A DNA stretch of 64,000 nt from Thalia democratica (taxonomy: Eukaryota), in contig OZ241826.1 in the NCBI GenBank assembly GCA_965202585.1, forward strand, positions 75,454,001 through 75,518,000. Direction: 5' to 3'. Below, piece by piece: positions 40,375 to 51,839 of this stretch (its first letter is position 1; each line of letters begins with the position of its first letter). The notes beneath the pieces are model-generated. The model had not been told where the DNA came from and made no database searches. It saw only the letters and a list, made by a program, of their open reading frames with translations. Both the position numbers and the translations under genes were made by a program.

Positions 40375-41469
40375 AAATTTTATATAGTTATAACTTTCCC
40401 ATTACTTTCTTAACTGCGAGTACTATGAGAATCTTTTTATGATGTTTGGTGATACTAAGAGTAAAATAGAAAAAGAACACTGTTTAAATTAGTTATTATT
40501 TTCTTATTTGAATATTTCCTTTCGATCGGAAGTATATTTAATTTGTTACATTTGCTTTATGGAATTTAAAAAATAGACGGTTTTTTAGAGTTTTTGAACA
40601 TAAAAGTTAAGTGAAATTTACTAACCGAAATGATTTTTTTGTTGTAGTAACCATTAGCTTGACATATAAGTTTTTAAATATTACCAGCAAAGAAACTGCA
40701 CAACCAACCACAAAAATCCACGCGATATTCTGAAAAACTGTTTAGCATCCTCACAATTTTTGAAGATTTTTTTTGTTTTCTACACATTTGTAGAACAGTC
40801 TAAAGCAGTGAACGACCTTGTCCGATTTTTCCAATAAGGACAGAAGACGATTTTTGTACAGTTTTGAGTTGTAACTTGTTCCCGCGTAAGTGTATGAGCA
40901 ACTATCAATCAAAACATTTTTCACAAACAAAATTATACTTGGAGAAGCAACAGCTTGTTAGAACACTGTTTAAATACAATAACCTGTCACAAATCTACCC
41001 ACTCTCATTTGGTCAATTCTCAACAAATACAAAAGTGTATATAATTTGAAGTTCTTTTAATGTTGTACCAAAAAACTAATTGTATGTTTTGAATTAACAA
41101 CATAATGCTTCAAAATATCATATGTGTTTGTAAAAATGCATATTCTTGCAATTATTCCGTTGTTTTTGTGTTAACTTTGTAATGCACCTCTCGTTTAATA
41201 ACGCTCTCTCGTTTAACTACACTCTTTATTGTGCGCAAATTCGCGAGAGGTCACTGTAATGTATAATGACTAACCATTTAATAATTTAAAAAGTTTGCAA
41301 ATGACATACTTTACAAAACCATTCTAAAATCTATTTCTAAAACTAAAAACATAACTCAGTACCGTTTTACTAAATTCATATGAAACAGTTAAATGGTTAG
41401 TGACGCATTTGTACAACATTTGTGTCAACTATTATGGACCTAACAAAAGTAATCAATAATAATGAATTA

Positions 41470-42140
41470 CAGTCACCTCTCACGAATCTACGCACTATCG
41501 TTTAGTTACGCATTTTACAATTCTCACAAAGTACAAAAAGTTGTTTGAAATTTTTCGTAAAAAAATTTGAGGAACACTTCAAGAAAATATAAATAAACAT
41601 TTGGATAGATATAGAAGATATATTTTTATTAAATATGAAATTTGCATTTTTATCTAGTGCCTTCCATAAGTAACCTATTGAGATCGATGGCTTTTCTTTT
41701 TTATATTTTAGGTTTCATAGCCACCCTTTATGCCTACAAATCAAACAATGTACGGTATTCAACTCCCCACAACATTTATGGAATAAAGTTTCATTTCAAC
41801 TCAATAAATCCATTTATTAAAGCTGATTTGTTCCTTGCCCACCTAAAATTAAACTTATCTTGAATGGTATTAGAAAAAATATTATTATTTGGTATAATAT
41901 ATACACTTTGTCAACAGGTAAACATTTTTTTTAAACTTTTTGACAACTAGAATTTGAGCGAAACCTATTTCTGTAAACAATAAAAGCAGTAAAGTCCAAA
42001 AACTGTATTAAATCAAATGCATTATAAGAAAACAGCCAATATAGCAGGTATATTTGCTACCTCTAGTTTAAATACTTTCTCTCGTTTTTTACGCACTTTT
42101 GCTGCGGACACAATGTGCGTAGACTAGCGAGAGGTGACTA
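41470..42140. mobile_element. Tc1/mariner- or pogo-type MITE; a second right end lies at about 41233-41258
   Basis: ta|cagtcacctctcacgaatctacgcac ... gtgcgtagactagcgagaggtgacta, an imperfect TIR with TA on the left. Confidence 0.6.
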
Positions 42141-42584
42141 CAACTAGGATAATCGTTTAAATTTCATCTAACAAGTGTAATAACTTCAAAATAAAATAGC
42201 TAATCAAAAGCATTTTGTTATTCTGATCAAGAACAAAATACTGTCCTGTATTAAGTACTTTTTTTTAACTTAAAACTATTTAAAAATAAAGTTCTTTCTT
42301 TCAAGTTCTATTAAAAATGTTAAGAGTAAAAAAACCCACCGCTGTTTTTTTGTAAATGGTTTGTAGTAGTACTAAAAGGCTTTATTTAATGTACGTACCA
42401 TTTTAACGTTTTAATTACTAGCTTTAAAATTTTTCAAAGTTTAAATCACACTAATTTTAAGTACTTTCATACAACAAAAAAATTTCTAAACATTTTGTCA
42501 TGGTAACTCATTTCTTATTTAATAGAAATAGTGTGTCATTGTCTAAAATTTTTGTTGAAAAACATGCACCTTTTTGTCAGTTTT

Positions 42585-45500
42585 TAAACACAGTTGAATT
42601 AAGATAGTTTTGTTCCTGTACAAGTTTGATACGTAAATTCGCACGTATTTGATACGTATATTATTTCCATTGTTAGGTAAGTAAAAAAACTTCATAGTTC
42701 CGCTTTCGTTTATGTAACCAAAATTTTAATCTTACTTTACAAAAAATGTCGGACTGTTTTTAGTTTATTCATAAAGTAAACATATATTTATTATAAAGTT
42801 TTTCAAACTTAAGTTAAAGGTTTTAAAAAAATCTTATGAGTTATACTAACAAGAACAGCGATAGGTTTAAAAATAAGACTTTGCGTACAAAAATAATAAA
42901 CTTTGATAAAAATGACTAATGTTTATGACAAAAAAAAAAATTATGTATTTTTAAAAACTTAACTGTAGTTGTATTTAAACCTAAAATATCCGGTATCATA
43001 AGTTTGTAAAACTTTTTTTTTTGTCTAACTTGATTCAGTTTCTAAAATAGTTAAAGAAAAAAGATGTTTAAGTAGTTCAAATAAAAATCGACCATAAAAT
43101 AAACTTTCTTTATTTATATTTTAAGAAGACGTATTAAAATCATAACATAAAAAGAGTTATTTGTAAAAGAAAAGAAAAAAACTATGGGCACTTCAGCTCA
43201 TTAGTTAAAAATGTGTTTAAAAAACTAAATTCGTTTTACAAACTTAGTTAGTCAAAGTTTGTTTTGTTTAAATATAAACTTGTTATTTAAGTAACAAAAT
43301 ACTCGAAAAGTTAAACAAAATATAAATTATTGATATAATTGAGTTTATTGAGTGCTTTTTAGTAACTTCTTAAACTAAATATAACATAAGTTTATAAATT
43401 TTGCGTTATCTTAAAGCTAATAAGTTTAAAGTTTTTATAAATTTTAAACTTTAAAGCCTTAAAAAGGAAGTAAACGATGTAGTCAAAAAATAATGTTAAA
43501 AAATTGTATACTTTAAATATTTCCAAGCGTCTTCACTAGTAATAGTTTAAATTTATTAAATTTGATATTAAACTTCAACGGTGTGGAATAAGGCCTGAAG
43601 ATCTCTTAGGGGTGAAACGTCGTTACTTTTGTGTAGTTAAATAAATTTAATATTAACCTTAAACAAATAATTACAAAATGTTTACATTGAAACAAAAAAA
43701 GTTATATACTTTAAATTAGCAAAATTTTTGAAAGAAACTTAATATGTACTTTTTTAACAAAAAACGTAACTTTATTATATTTTATTTTTTAAGAAGGACT
43801 TTTTAAAATTTTTATAAGCTTTTAATTTTATTAATAGTCAACTTCATATGCTTTCTGCGATATCAATTTTAATGATCAAGTCTTGAAATAAAAAACTTTA
43901 CCTTGATCCGTAAAATCTTAGAACCTTTACGATATTTTGTGTGCGTTTAACTTTGTAGATTAGACCTTTTTAAAAACAACATTTAGTTATATTTTTTTAC
44001 ACAATTATTTAAACGTGTTAAATGTTACATAACTCTTTAAAAAAATCTTGAAGTGTATTGTAAATTAAAACAATTGTAGTTTTAGATTTTTAAAAGACAC
44101 ATAAATCATTGTTTCCAATAGCTTTAGCTACTTCTGTTTTGAAAAAGTTTACGTTTAAGATTATAACTGTTTAAAATGTGTTGAAAATAAAGATAAAAAC
44201 TGAATTGAAATATTTTTTTCTAAATTTTTAGATGTATAGTTTTCTACCAAACAAAATGTTTAATATAAACTATACTTACAAAGTTGTTGACAAGTTGAGT
44301 TTTATGTATAAATTTTGAAACTAAGTGTATGCTTATCTTTTAATCGAAAGTAAATATCAAAATGTTTTAGTAGATTACAAATATAAAACCTGATATGAGT
44401 AACTAATTGCATTAGAAAACAAGTAAAACTTTTAATATTGTAAAAAATTAAAATAATTTACAATTTTAAATTAATTGAAATTTATTTTTAACTAGTTTTT
44501 ACTCTTTAAGAACGACGAAGTTTAGCAACCCATAAAATATTCAAAAGCAATAGTAGTATACTGATGCAGTTTTATTACGCCTATCAAATAGATTTTTTAA
44601 CAAGATTTTCAATGGCTTGAGTGTAATTAAAACAAAATTTACATTCTATAATCAAAAAGTTTTTAACGAAAAGCGTAGAAAAGTAGTTCTTTCTAGTTAA
44701 TACTATGCTAGTATTAGATTAAACGTGGTACAAATGATTTCAAATCTCCAGTAATATAGGGTCTTTTACTATTATTTTAGTTAACTTGTGCTTTTTATTA
44801 AATATATATTTTTTTACATTAATATTATAGTAGAAAAAATACTTTAATAAAGATATATATTTTATATTTTTCTAAAGTAGTTTTAACATTAAGATAATCT
44901 TTCTATTAAAAAAAAATGGAAACAAAAGAAGTTGTTTCAAAATTTTGATAAACTGTATTTATTAGTTATCTTTTTAGTGCTTTTGATTTTTTTTATAGTT
45001 TCCTGCTATCAAAAATATATTTGATAATACTAAATTAATGTAACAATCTAACCTTTTTTAATGTTTAAACAACTAAACTTATTAGTATCTAACATAAACA
45101 GTAAACTATAACTTTAATATAAAATTATTTATTTTTTATCTGTACGAAACTACTCTGGCTTTATTCTTTTATTATTTACTTGAGCTTTAGATTTATTTTG
45201 AAAAAAAGAATAAAACTTTTCTTTAGATAAACTACACCAGAAAAGATAAATGCTATAAAATAACTACGTAAGAAGTTTCCTTTTTTAATAGTTGAACTTC
45301 TTATGTGAAAAAAATAGTAAGCAGACTAAATTGATCATGGAATTCACTTGAATTTTTAAGTCAGTTTTCAAAAAAGTATAAATTTAAAAGGAAAACAAAA
45401 TAAGTTTTGCGGATTTAGAGCATAAAAATAGTTAACATCTACTTGTGTATCGTACAAAATACTCGAGAAATGATTGATATATATACACAAACTCTTTTTA

Positions 45501-47300
45501 TATTTAACACTTTGAATGTCAAGTTTATTTGATTCGATTCAGTAGTAAAAACTAAATTGCTGAATTACCTAATTTGCCTTCTTTGGAAGCTCGAGGCAGC
45601 GATAGTAACAACTGATGTGTTATTTTATCAAATCATAGTGTTTGCAGAATTGTACTTGAAGCTTTTTAATGATATATTATTGTTATTGTGAACAGAGAAA
45701 CTATAAACGTCTTTACGACTTTAAACTAATGAAAATGCTTAAAAAAACCTAATTTATAAGTATGAACATGATTTGTAGCCAATTTTTTCATTTGATAAAT
45801 TAATATACTGGTTAAATTAAAACTATTTCAACTTGTTTCCTATTTTTTTATAGTTATATTGTTATGTATATTTCAATCATTTTAAATTTGAATTATTCTA
45901 GCTAACACCCTTTTTGTTAATTATACAACAAGTTTATATATTTTAGCCTATTTTTCTGTTTTTATTAAATGGTTCGTTTTACCTACCACTTTATGCAACC
46001 TTCTAAAAATTAATAATTAAAAAACTGATGTTATGTAGTATGCAGTATCAATAAAATCTAACGAGCAATAGTTTTAATACAAACACATTTAACTACTAAA
46101 ACGACTGAACTAAAATGTTAAGTTGTACCAAACTTCGGAAATAACATGACTCTGTAGGTTTGTTTATATTTTATAGATTACTAAACGTCGTCATTCTTAA
46201 AGAGTATAAACTAGTTAAATATTAATTTAATTTAATTAAAATTGTAAATTATTTTAATTTTTACAACATTAATAGTTTTAACTGTTTTTTAATGCTATTA
46301 ATTACTCATATCAGGTTTTATATTTGTAATATACTTAAACATTTTGATATTTACATTCGATTAAAAGATAAGCACACATTTAGTTTCAAAATTTACCAAA
46401 AAGCACTAAATAAATTCACTTATATTAATGGTTTTAACCATTGTGTTGAATGGTCACTATTGAGTTTAACTTTTCGATTATTTTGTTATTTAAATAAAAA
46501 GTTTATAGGTAAATAAATAAAAAATATTTACTAAGGTTGTGAAACAAATTTTGTTTTTAAACACATTTTTCACCAGTAAGCTGAAGTGCCCACAATTTTT
46601 TGCTTTTCTTTTATAATTAATAATTTTTGTATAACTTTTAAACGTCTTCTTAAAATATAATTAAAGGAAGTTTATTTTATATGCTAAAATTAATTTAAAC
46701 TAATTTTAATTTTTTATTAATTATTTTAGAAACTGAATCAAATTAGCCAAAAAAAAAACATTTTACAAATTTATGACACCGGTTATTTTAGGTTTAAATA
46801 CAACTACAGTTAAGTTTTTTAAAATACATAATTTTGTTTTTGTACATTAGTCATTTTTATTAAACTTTAATATTTTTATACGCAAGTTTTTCTTTTTAAA
46901 CCTATAGCAGTTCTTGTTAGTATAACTCATAAGATTTTTTTTGAATCTTTAACTTGAGTTTAAAATCTTTAGTATAAATATATGCTTACTTTATGAATAA
47001 ACTAAAAAAAATTTAAAAATTTTTGTAAGCTGAAATTAAAAGTTTGGTTACGTAAACGAAAGCGGAAATAAAAAGTTTATTCAGTTACCCAACACAGGAA
47101 ACAAGTCATTCGTTACAATCGGCACTCAAACCATTTCAGCTGCCAATCTATTTACTTAACATTATAGATATAAGCTGTCTTAAGAAGCTTGTAATTCATA
47201 ACTTTTGAAGTAGGTCAACTGCTAAAATAATATCTTTTTTTTTTTGCGAATTTACGTATCAAATTTGTACAAAAAAAACTATCTTTATTCTACTGTGAAA
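42585..47300. repeat. Large inverted repeat: left arm about 42585-43370 plus 44308-44545, right arm about 46160-47300, spacer about 1.6 kb
   Basis: Continuous reverse-complement similarity, e.g. cttatgagttatactaacaagaac / gttcttgttagtataactcataag, aacttaactgtagttgtatttaaacctaaaat, gggcacttcagct, acaaatataaaacctgatatgagtaa. The left arm carries a ~940-bp insertion. Confidence 0.85.
43590..43630 (+). ncRNA. Minimal hammerhead-ribozyme-like motif (family 2) inside the insertion in the left arm
   Basis: AAGGC-CUGAAGA-UCUC UUA GGGG U-GAAAC-GUC-GUU-ACUUU; homologous to 59105-59142. The 3' strand of stem I is mutated. Confidence 0.45.
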
Positions 47301-47322
47301 TTACTCTTTCAAAAATTTATTT

Positions 47323-47360
47323 TACAATCTAAGTTTCGGTCAAAGACCTCGTCAGTGCTT
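47323..47360 (-). ncRNA. Hammerhead-ribozyme-like core (family 1, copy 2)
   Basis: Identical core to 1683-1720: CUGACGA-GGUC-UUU-GACC-GAAAC. Confidence 0.5.
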
Positions 47361-47851
47361 AAATAAATCTTATTCAAATAGAATATTCTACTGTGTATAA
47401 AAACTGACTAAAAGATGCATGCTTTTGAACAAACATTTTTTTAAGCTATTAGTGCTTATTTTGAAAAACTAAAGGTAGGAAAATTTAGACACACGATAAA
47501 GATATCTCAAAAATTATATTCACTACAAAGATGTTTAGTTTAGTTTAATACAGTCAGTAGAGTCATTCAAGTTAATAGTGTTATAAAAGTAGAATGAACA
47601 AACTAAATCATTAATTTAAATTATTTCAAAAGTATTATTTTAGACATAATGCATATTCTAGAAAAAAAAAACATAAGTTATTAAAAAACACTAAGTCAAC
47701 ATTTTAGTTTAGCTTTTTATCATCGTGTAAGAACTAGAAATTTATGTTTAATTATATTAATATCATGACAATAGTACATCATGATAAAGTTTTTATGTAG
47801 TAAATAATTAGTTAAAAACATTGATTTTTTAGAAGTAAAAACTAAATAAAA

Positions 47852-50800
47852 ATGTTAGATAGTAAGGGATTTTGGACTAATTGGAAACCTGTTAACGAAA
47901 AAAATAACCATGGTTTGGACTTTGGACATATCGGACGTAAGTTTTTAATATTTTTTATCTTTTTGAAATGATTTAAAAACATTTATCCATTAATAGTTTA
48001 ATTTAATCCGTAACCTTTTTGTTAACAATTTATGTTAATGTTAAAAATAGTTTATATAATTTTCAAGTTATTTGCATTAGAAAAAACATAAAGTGCCAAA
48101 CAAGCTTTCATTACAACCTATTAATTTTTTTAAGTAGCTCTAGCACAATCAACTTGAATCTAACTTACAAACTTTCATTTATTTAGATAAAAGGACAAGT
48201 TGAAACAATTATTGGCAAAGTTGAAGTGTTTGTTGATTTTGAGTATAAAGAATATAAAGTATTTTCAACTGCTGAAGATATTAACGTCAAAAGTCTTCAG
48301 CTGGTTGTTAGTTTAGTTCAAACGTTACTTATTTTTATTTTCAAAAAAAAAATTTAATTTAAACTAACTTACTACTTTAATTTTAAACAGCTGAGAATAA
48401 TCTCAAGTATTCAAAAAACAGTTTCGCACAAGTCCGAATCAAGGAAGGCGATCACAAGTCTCGCGGAACACTGGTAACAGTTCACATTGAAGTTTACGAA
48501 GGAAAGTAGGTGGGTTGTCAGCGTTGAAAACAAACTGTTCCCCGGCCTCCAGAACAAGCTGGAGATTCTCGATGGCGAGGACAAAGGCAAGCAGCTGACA
48601 TTCGCTGATGATTGTCCGAGCCAAAGCCCTTTCGTGCCGGCGACTCAATCTATTCAAGATATTTTGGACTCAGCTTTAAAGGATCACCCTGAAATTCCAA
48701 GAGTAATACTTTTAGTTGAAAATATCTTTTGAACAACGCTTACCGTTTTAATTGAACTAAGAAAAAAGTTTATGGGCATAAATTAGTTAACTTTAATAAA
48801 GTTTTTAAAATGCTTTTTAATTTGTACATATTTTAAGAACTTGTTATGCGCTTTTTTATTGGGCTTTACTCTTTCATCAATTAAAAACTAACTAAATTTT
48901 CTTACAGTGTACAGCTTTGTCTTTTGCAAGTAGAATTTTGGAAACTGGAAGAGAATACTTAGTTTTAGTAATTGCTTTTGTTAAATACAATAGCTTTATA
49001 AGTTCAATACACATAAAAAATATGAACTTAATATATAGTCGAAATTTATATTCATTTTTTATTTTAGTTTTATTTAATTGGAACACTTTGTTGAATATAA
49101 ATAAAAGAACATTAATAGCAACTACGATTGTTTTTTACATATTAAAAACAAGATTTTATATATTTTAGGTCAACAAAGACAGTCCTAACACAATAATTCC
49201 AACAGAAGTTAGGCTGTTGACCATTCATGGAGAAGGAAAAAAATACAAATATATATCTACAGTGGATGTTCCATTGTACTATCCAGATAGTGATGATATT
49301 GTTGATTTGAAAAGTATTAATGTTCCTGATTAGCAAGCTATGACCAAAGATGTTAGAGATGCTGCTTTAACGGTTTGTTTGTTTATTTGTTATCTCTGTT
49401 TTGTTTTTTCTTAAATTTCATAAGTACAGGCAACTCTAACACTGAAGTAAGGTTTCATCTTTACTACTTTTGTTGTAAAGTTGCAACCAACTTCTTTAGA
49501 AATAAAAATCTAAATGTTTTGTAGCTCAAGCAAAAGGGTAAAATAAAACTTATAAACACTTTGCATCTTTTGTTTCAGGTAAAAGATAAAGTTTGTAGTG
49601 ATGAACGGATATCATACTACTGCGATACGTATGTACCAAGAAGATATCGCCACGTTGAGGATAATTCTACTTTGTGCACAAAGGAGTTGCTTTTGCAAGT
49701 AGAGGTAGGACTTCTGGCTATTAATTGTATAAAACTACACCGCAACTGTATGACATTATTGGTTTACTTATGTTTTTAGTTTTTAGTCTATAAAGCTTAA
49801 GTTTTTGAGTTAATAAGTTTAAAACTTTATACATTAGTTTTAAAAATATATATTTTAATACAAAGGTCAAGCTTTAGTTTTATTATGCAGTTCTTAACAG
49901 TTTTGTAACAAATAAATAGCCATAAACAAAAGTAAAACTGAATTCACCTTAGGATTTGTTTTAGATATACTTATCTTTATTTAAAGTGTGCAAAGTAAAG
50001 TTTTTGTTCATAATTAGAAAAAAAGAACTAGAGTGTTAATCACAGTGATTAAAAACCAGTTTTATGTTTTTTGTTAGGAAATCCTTATTCATTCAAAAAA
50101 TACAACTTTTTTAAATATTTAGTATTTTTAGAACTTAATTTTCTTTTAACTCTGTATTGACTAAAATTAAGTTAAACTGTTAACTTATTGCCTTATCTGT
50201 AACTATCGAATATTTTTGTGCTAAAATTTTAATTTTTTTAACTAAATACTTTACTACTAAAAATACTTTAGATAAAAGTAAAAACGAACATCGTGCAAGG
50301 ATGCAGAGAGGCATTTGCTCCGAAAGGTGTCATAGTTGTCAACTTGTTTAAGAGTGACGACAAATACGATTATGATTTCTATAACAGCGATCTCAGAACA
50401 GTCCCGTCAACTGTCAACGAGCTCATCTCCTACCCGACCGACTGGAGCTTGGTTGTTGACAATAATCATGACGTCAACCAATTGATAAAACACGTAAGTT
50501 TTTGCGGTTGGTGAGTTCACTGCTAAGCACTAGTTCTTAACTTTTATTAGCCATGATATTTGAAAAGTTGTTTATTACAAATACAAATAGTTTATTCTAT
50601 ATAATCAGCTTTTTTTTTCAGATTTACGAACCCAGGGGTCTTGGAAATATTGCCCAAGTGTCCTACTGGAAGTTCAAATGCGGTGCGTATGGACTTATAG
50701 TTAAAGCATTGGTTAGTATTAAGACTGAATATATGCACGTGATTTAGTATTTTGTTTATATTTTGTCAATCTAAGAACTAAACATCATCTTAAATTAGTT

Positions 50801-51573
50801 TAGTTTAAAAACACTGCATAGAAAATATCTTATAATTGTATTTTGAATAAAAAATAAGCAGTTTTAACAATAGTAGCAACCTAAAAATCGCATCTAATAA
50901 TATAACCTAACGAAAGCCTATTTTCTGGTTAATTATAATTTAAGATTTAAAAAATATAAACATTGACTTTTTATTTATTTAACAGCCCTAATTTACTTTT
51001 GAGTACTAACTTAAAAATGCTTCCTACTGACTGTTTTTATGCTTAACTATTGACGGAAGTAAAGTAACCTGATTTTGATAATTTTAGGTTTATAAAAATT
51101 TAATAAGTTTCCAACAGTCCAATAAATTTTTATCTGTGATGCAATAACAATATATATGCACTGCAAACTTTTATGGTTTATACAGGTATACATATACAAA
51201 ATGTTCCTAAATGATTTAAAACATTGAGTTTAAACTTGTATCTGTAAGTATATATAGTTTGCAATGTTTATTCAAAGTTTTGTTTATTTTTTAAATTATT
51301 ATACAGACTTTATTTTTGACTGAAATAAAACAGCTGCAATTTTGACTCAGCAGTTTTTTAGCTAATTTGATTCTTTTGTTCCAAAGTATGTTAGAAATTA
51401 GTATTATTTTTAATAAGGTTTTAATTTCATTTTAATTTCAGGTTGATCTAAATGGGGATAAAAGGAATGATCCCATTTGCGACTTAGAGATTGTAGAATT
51501 TGTTTGTCTGCCACCCTTCCCTGACAACAAGAAAATTGTAGTTCTGAAACAATACCCTGTGAAATACATTTGA
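47852..51573 (+). pseudogene. 8-exon gene of unrecognised family (roughly 430-440 codons) with a frameshift and an in-frame stop (exons about 47852-47936, 48194-48310, 48391-48702, 49169-49372, 49579-49704, 50272-50493, 50622-50711, 51442-51573)
   Basis: GT-AG boundaries with consistent phases; the last five exons are all phase 0. One extra base in ggaaagtagg (48501-48510) shifts ...IEVYEG / RWVVSVENKL..., and TAG at 49331-49333 interrupts ...INVPD*QAMTKD.... The 5' end and the second exon acceptor are uncertain. Confidence 0.75.
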
Positions 51574-51839
51574 GAAAATCAAAACTTGCTGATGTTTGGA
51601 ATGCGACTTTTAACACGAATTTTTACAATCGCTCATGCTTTTTTACACTATTATTTGTTTTCGCATTATTGTTAAAGTTTTATACTAATAGAATACACCT
51701 TACATACAAAGAGTGTTTTGATTGTAAACAAACTAATATATTAAACAATGACACACTATTCTATTAAATAAGAAATGAGTTACCATGACAAAATGTTTAG
51801 AAATTTTTTCATTGTATAAAAGTACTTATTCTTGTGACT

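Larger units (their letters stand above)
28940..40800 (-). repeat. Tandem array of five gene-like units (A-E), progressively truncated
   Basis: Marker agtacctggtagtttatactcg at 29031, 32807, 35915 and 38052 (spacings 3776, 3108, 2137). A partial diverged unit E spans about 39480-40800. A ~500-bp block recurs at about 29860, 33590, 36700 and 38870, and in diverged form at 40590. Confidence 0.92.

Noticed and set aside
45540-45720. Signal-peptide-like reading (KTKLLNYLICLLWKLEAA) as a possible first exon of the 47.8-kb gene
   Set aside because: No ATG, it lies inside the inverted-repeat spacer, and no in-frame link could be established.
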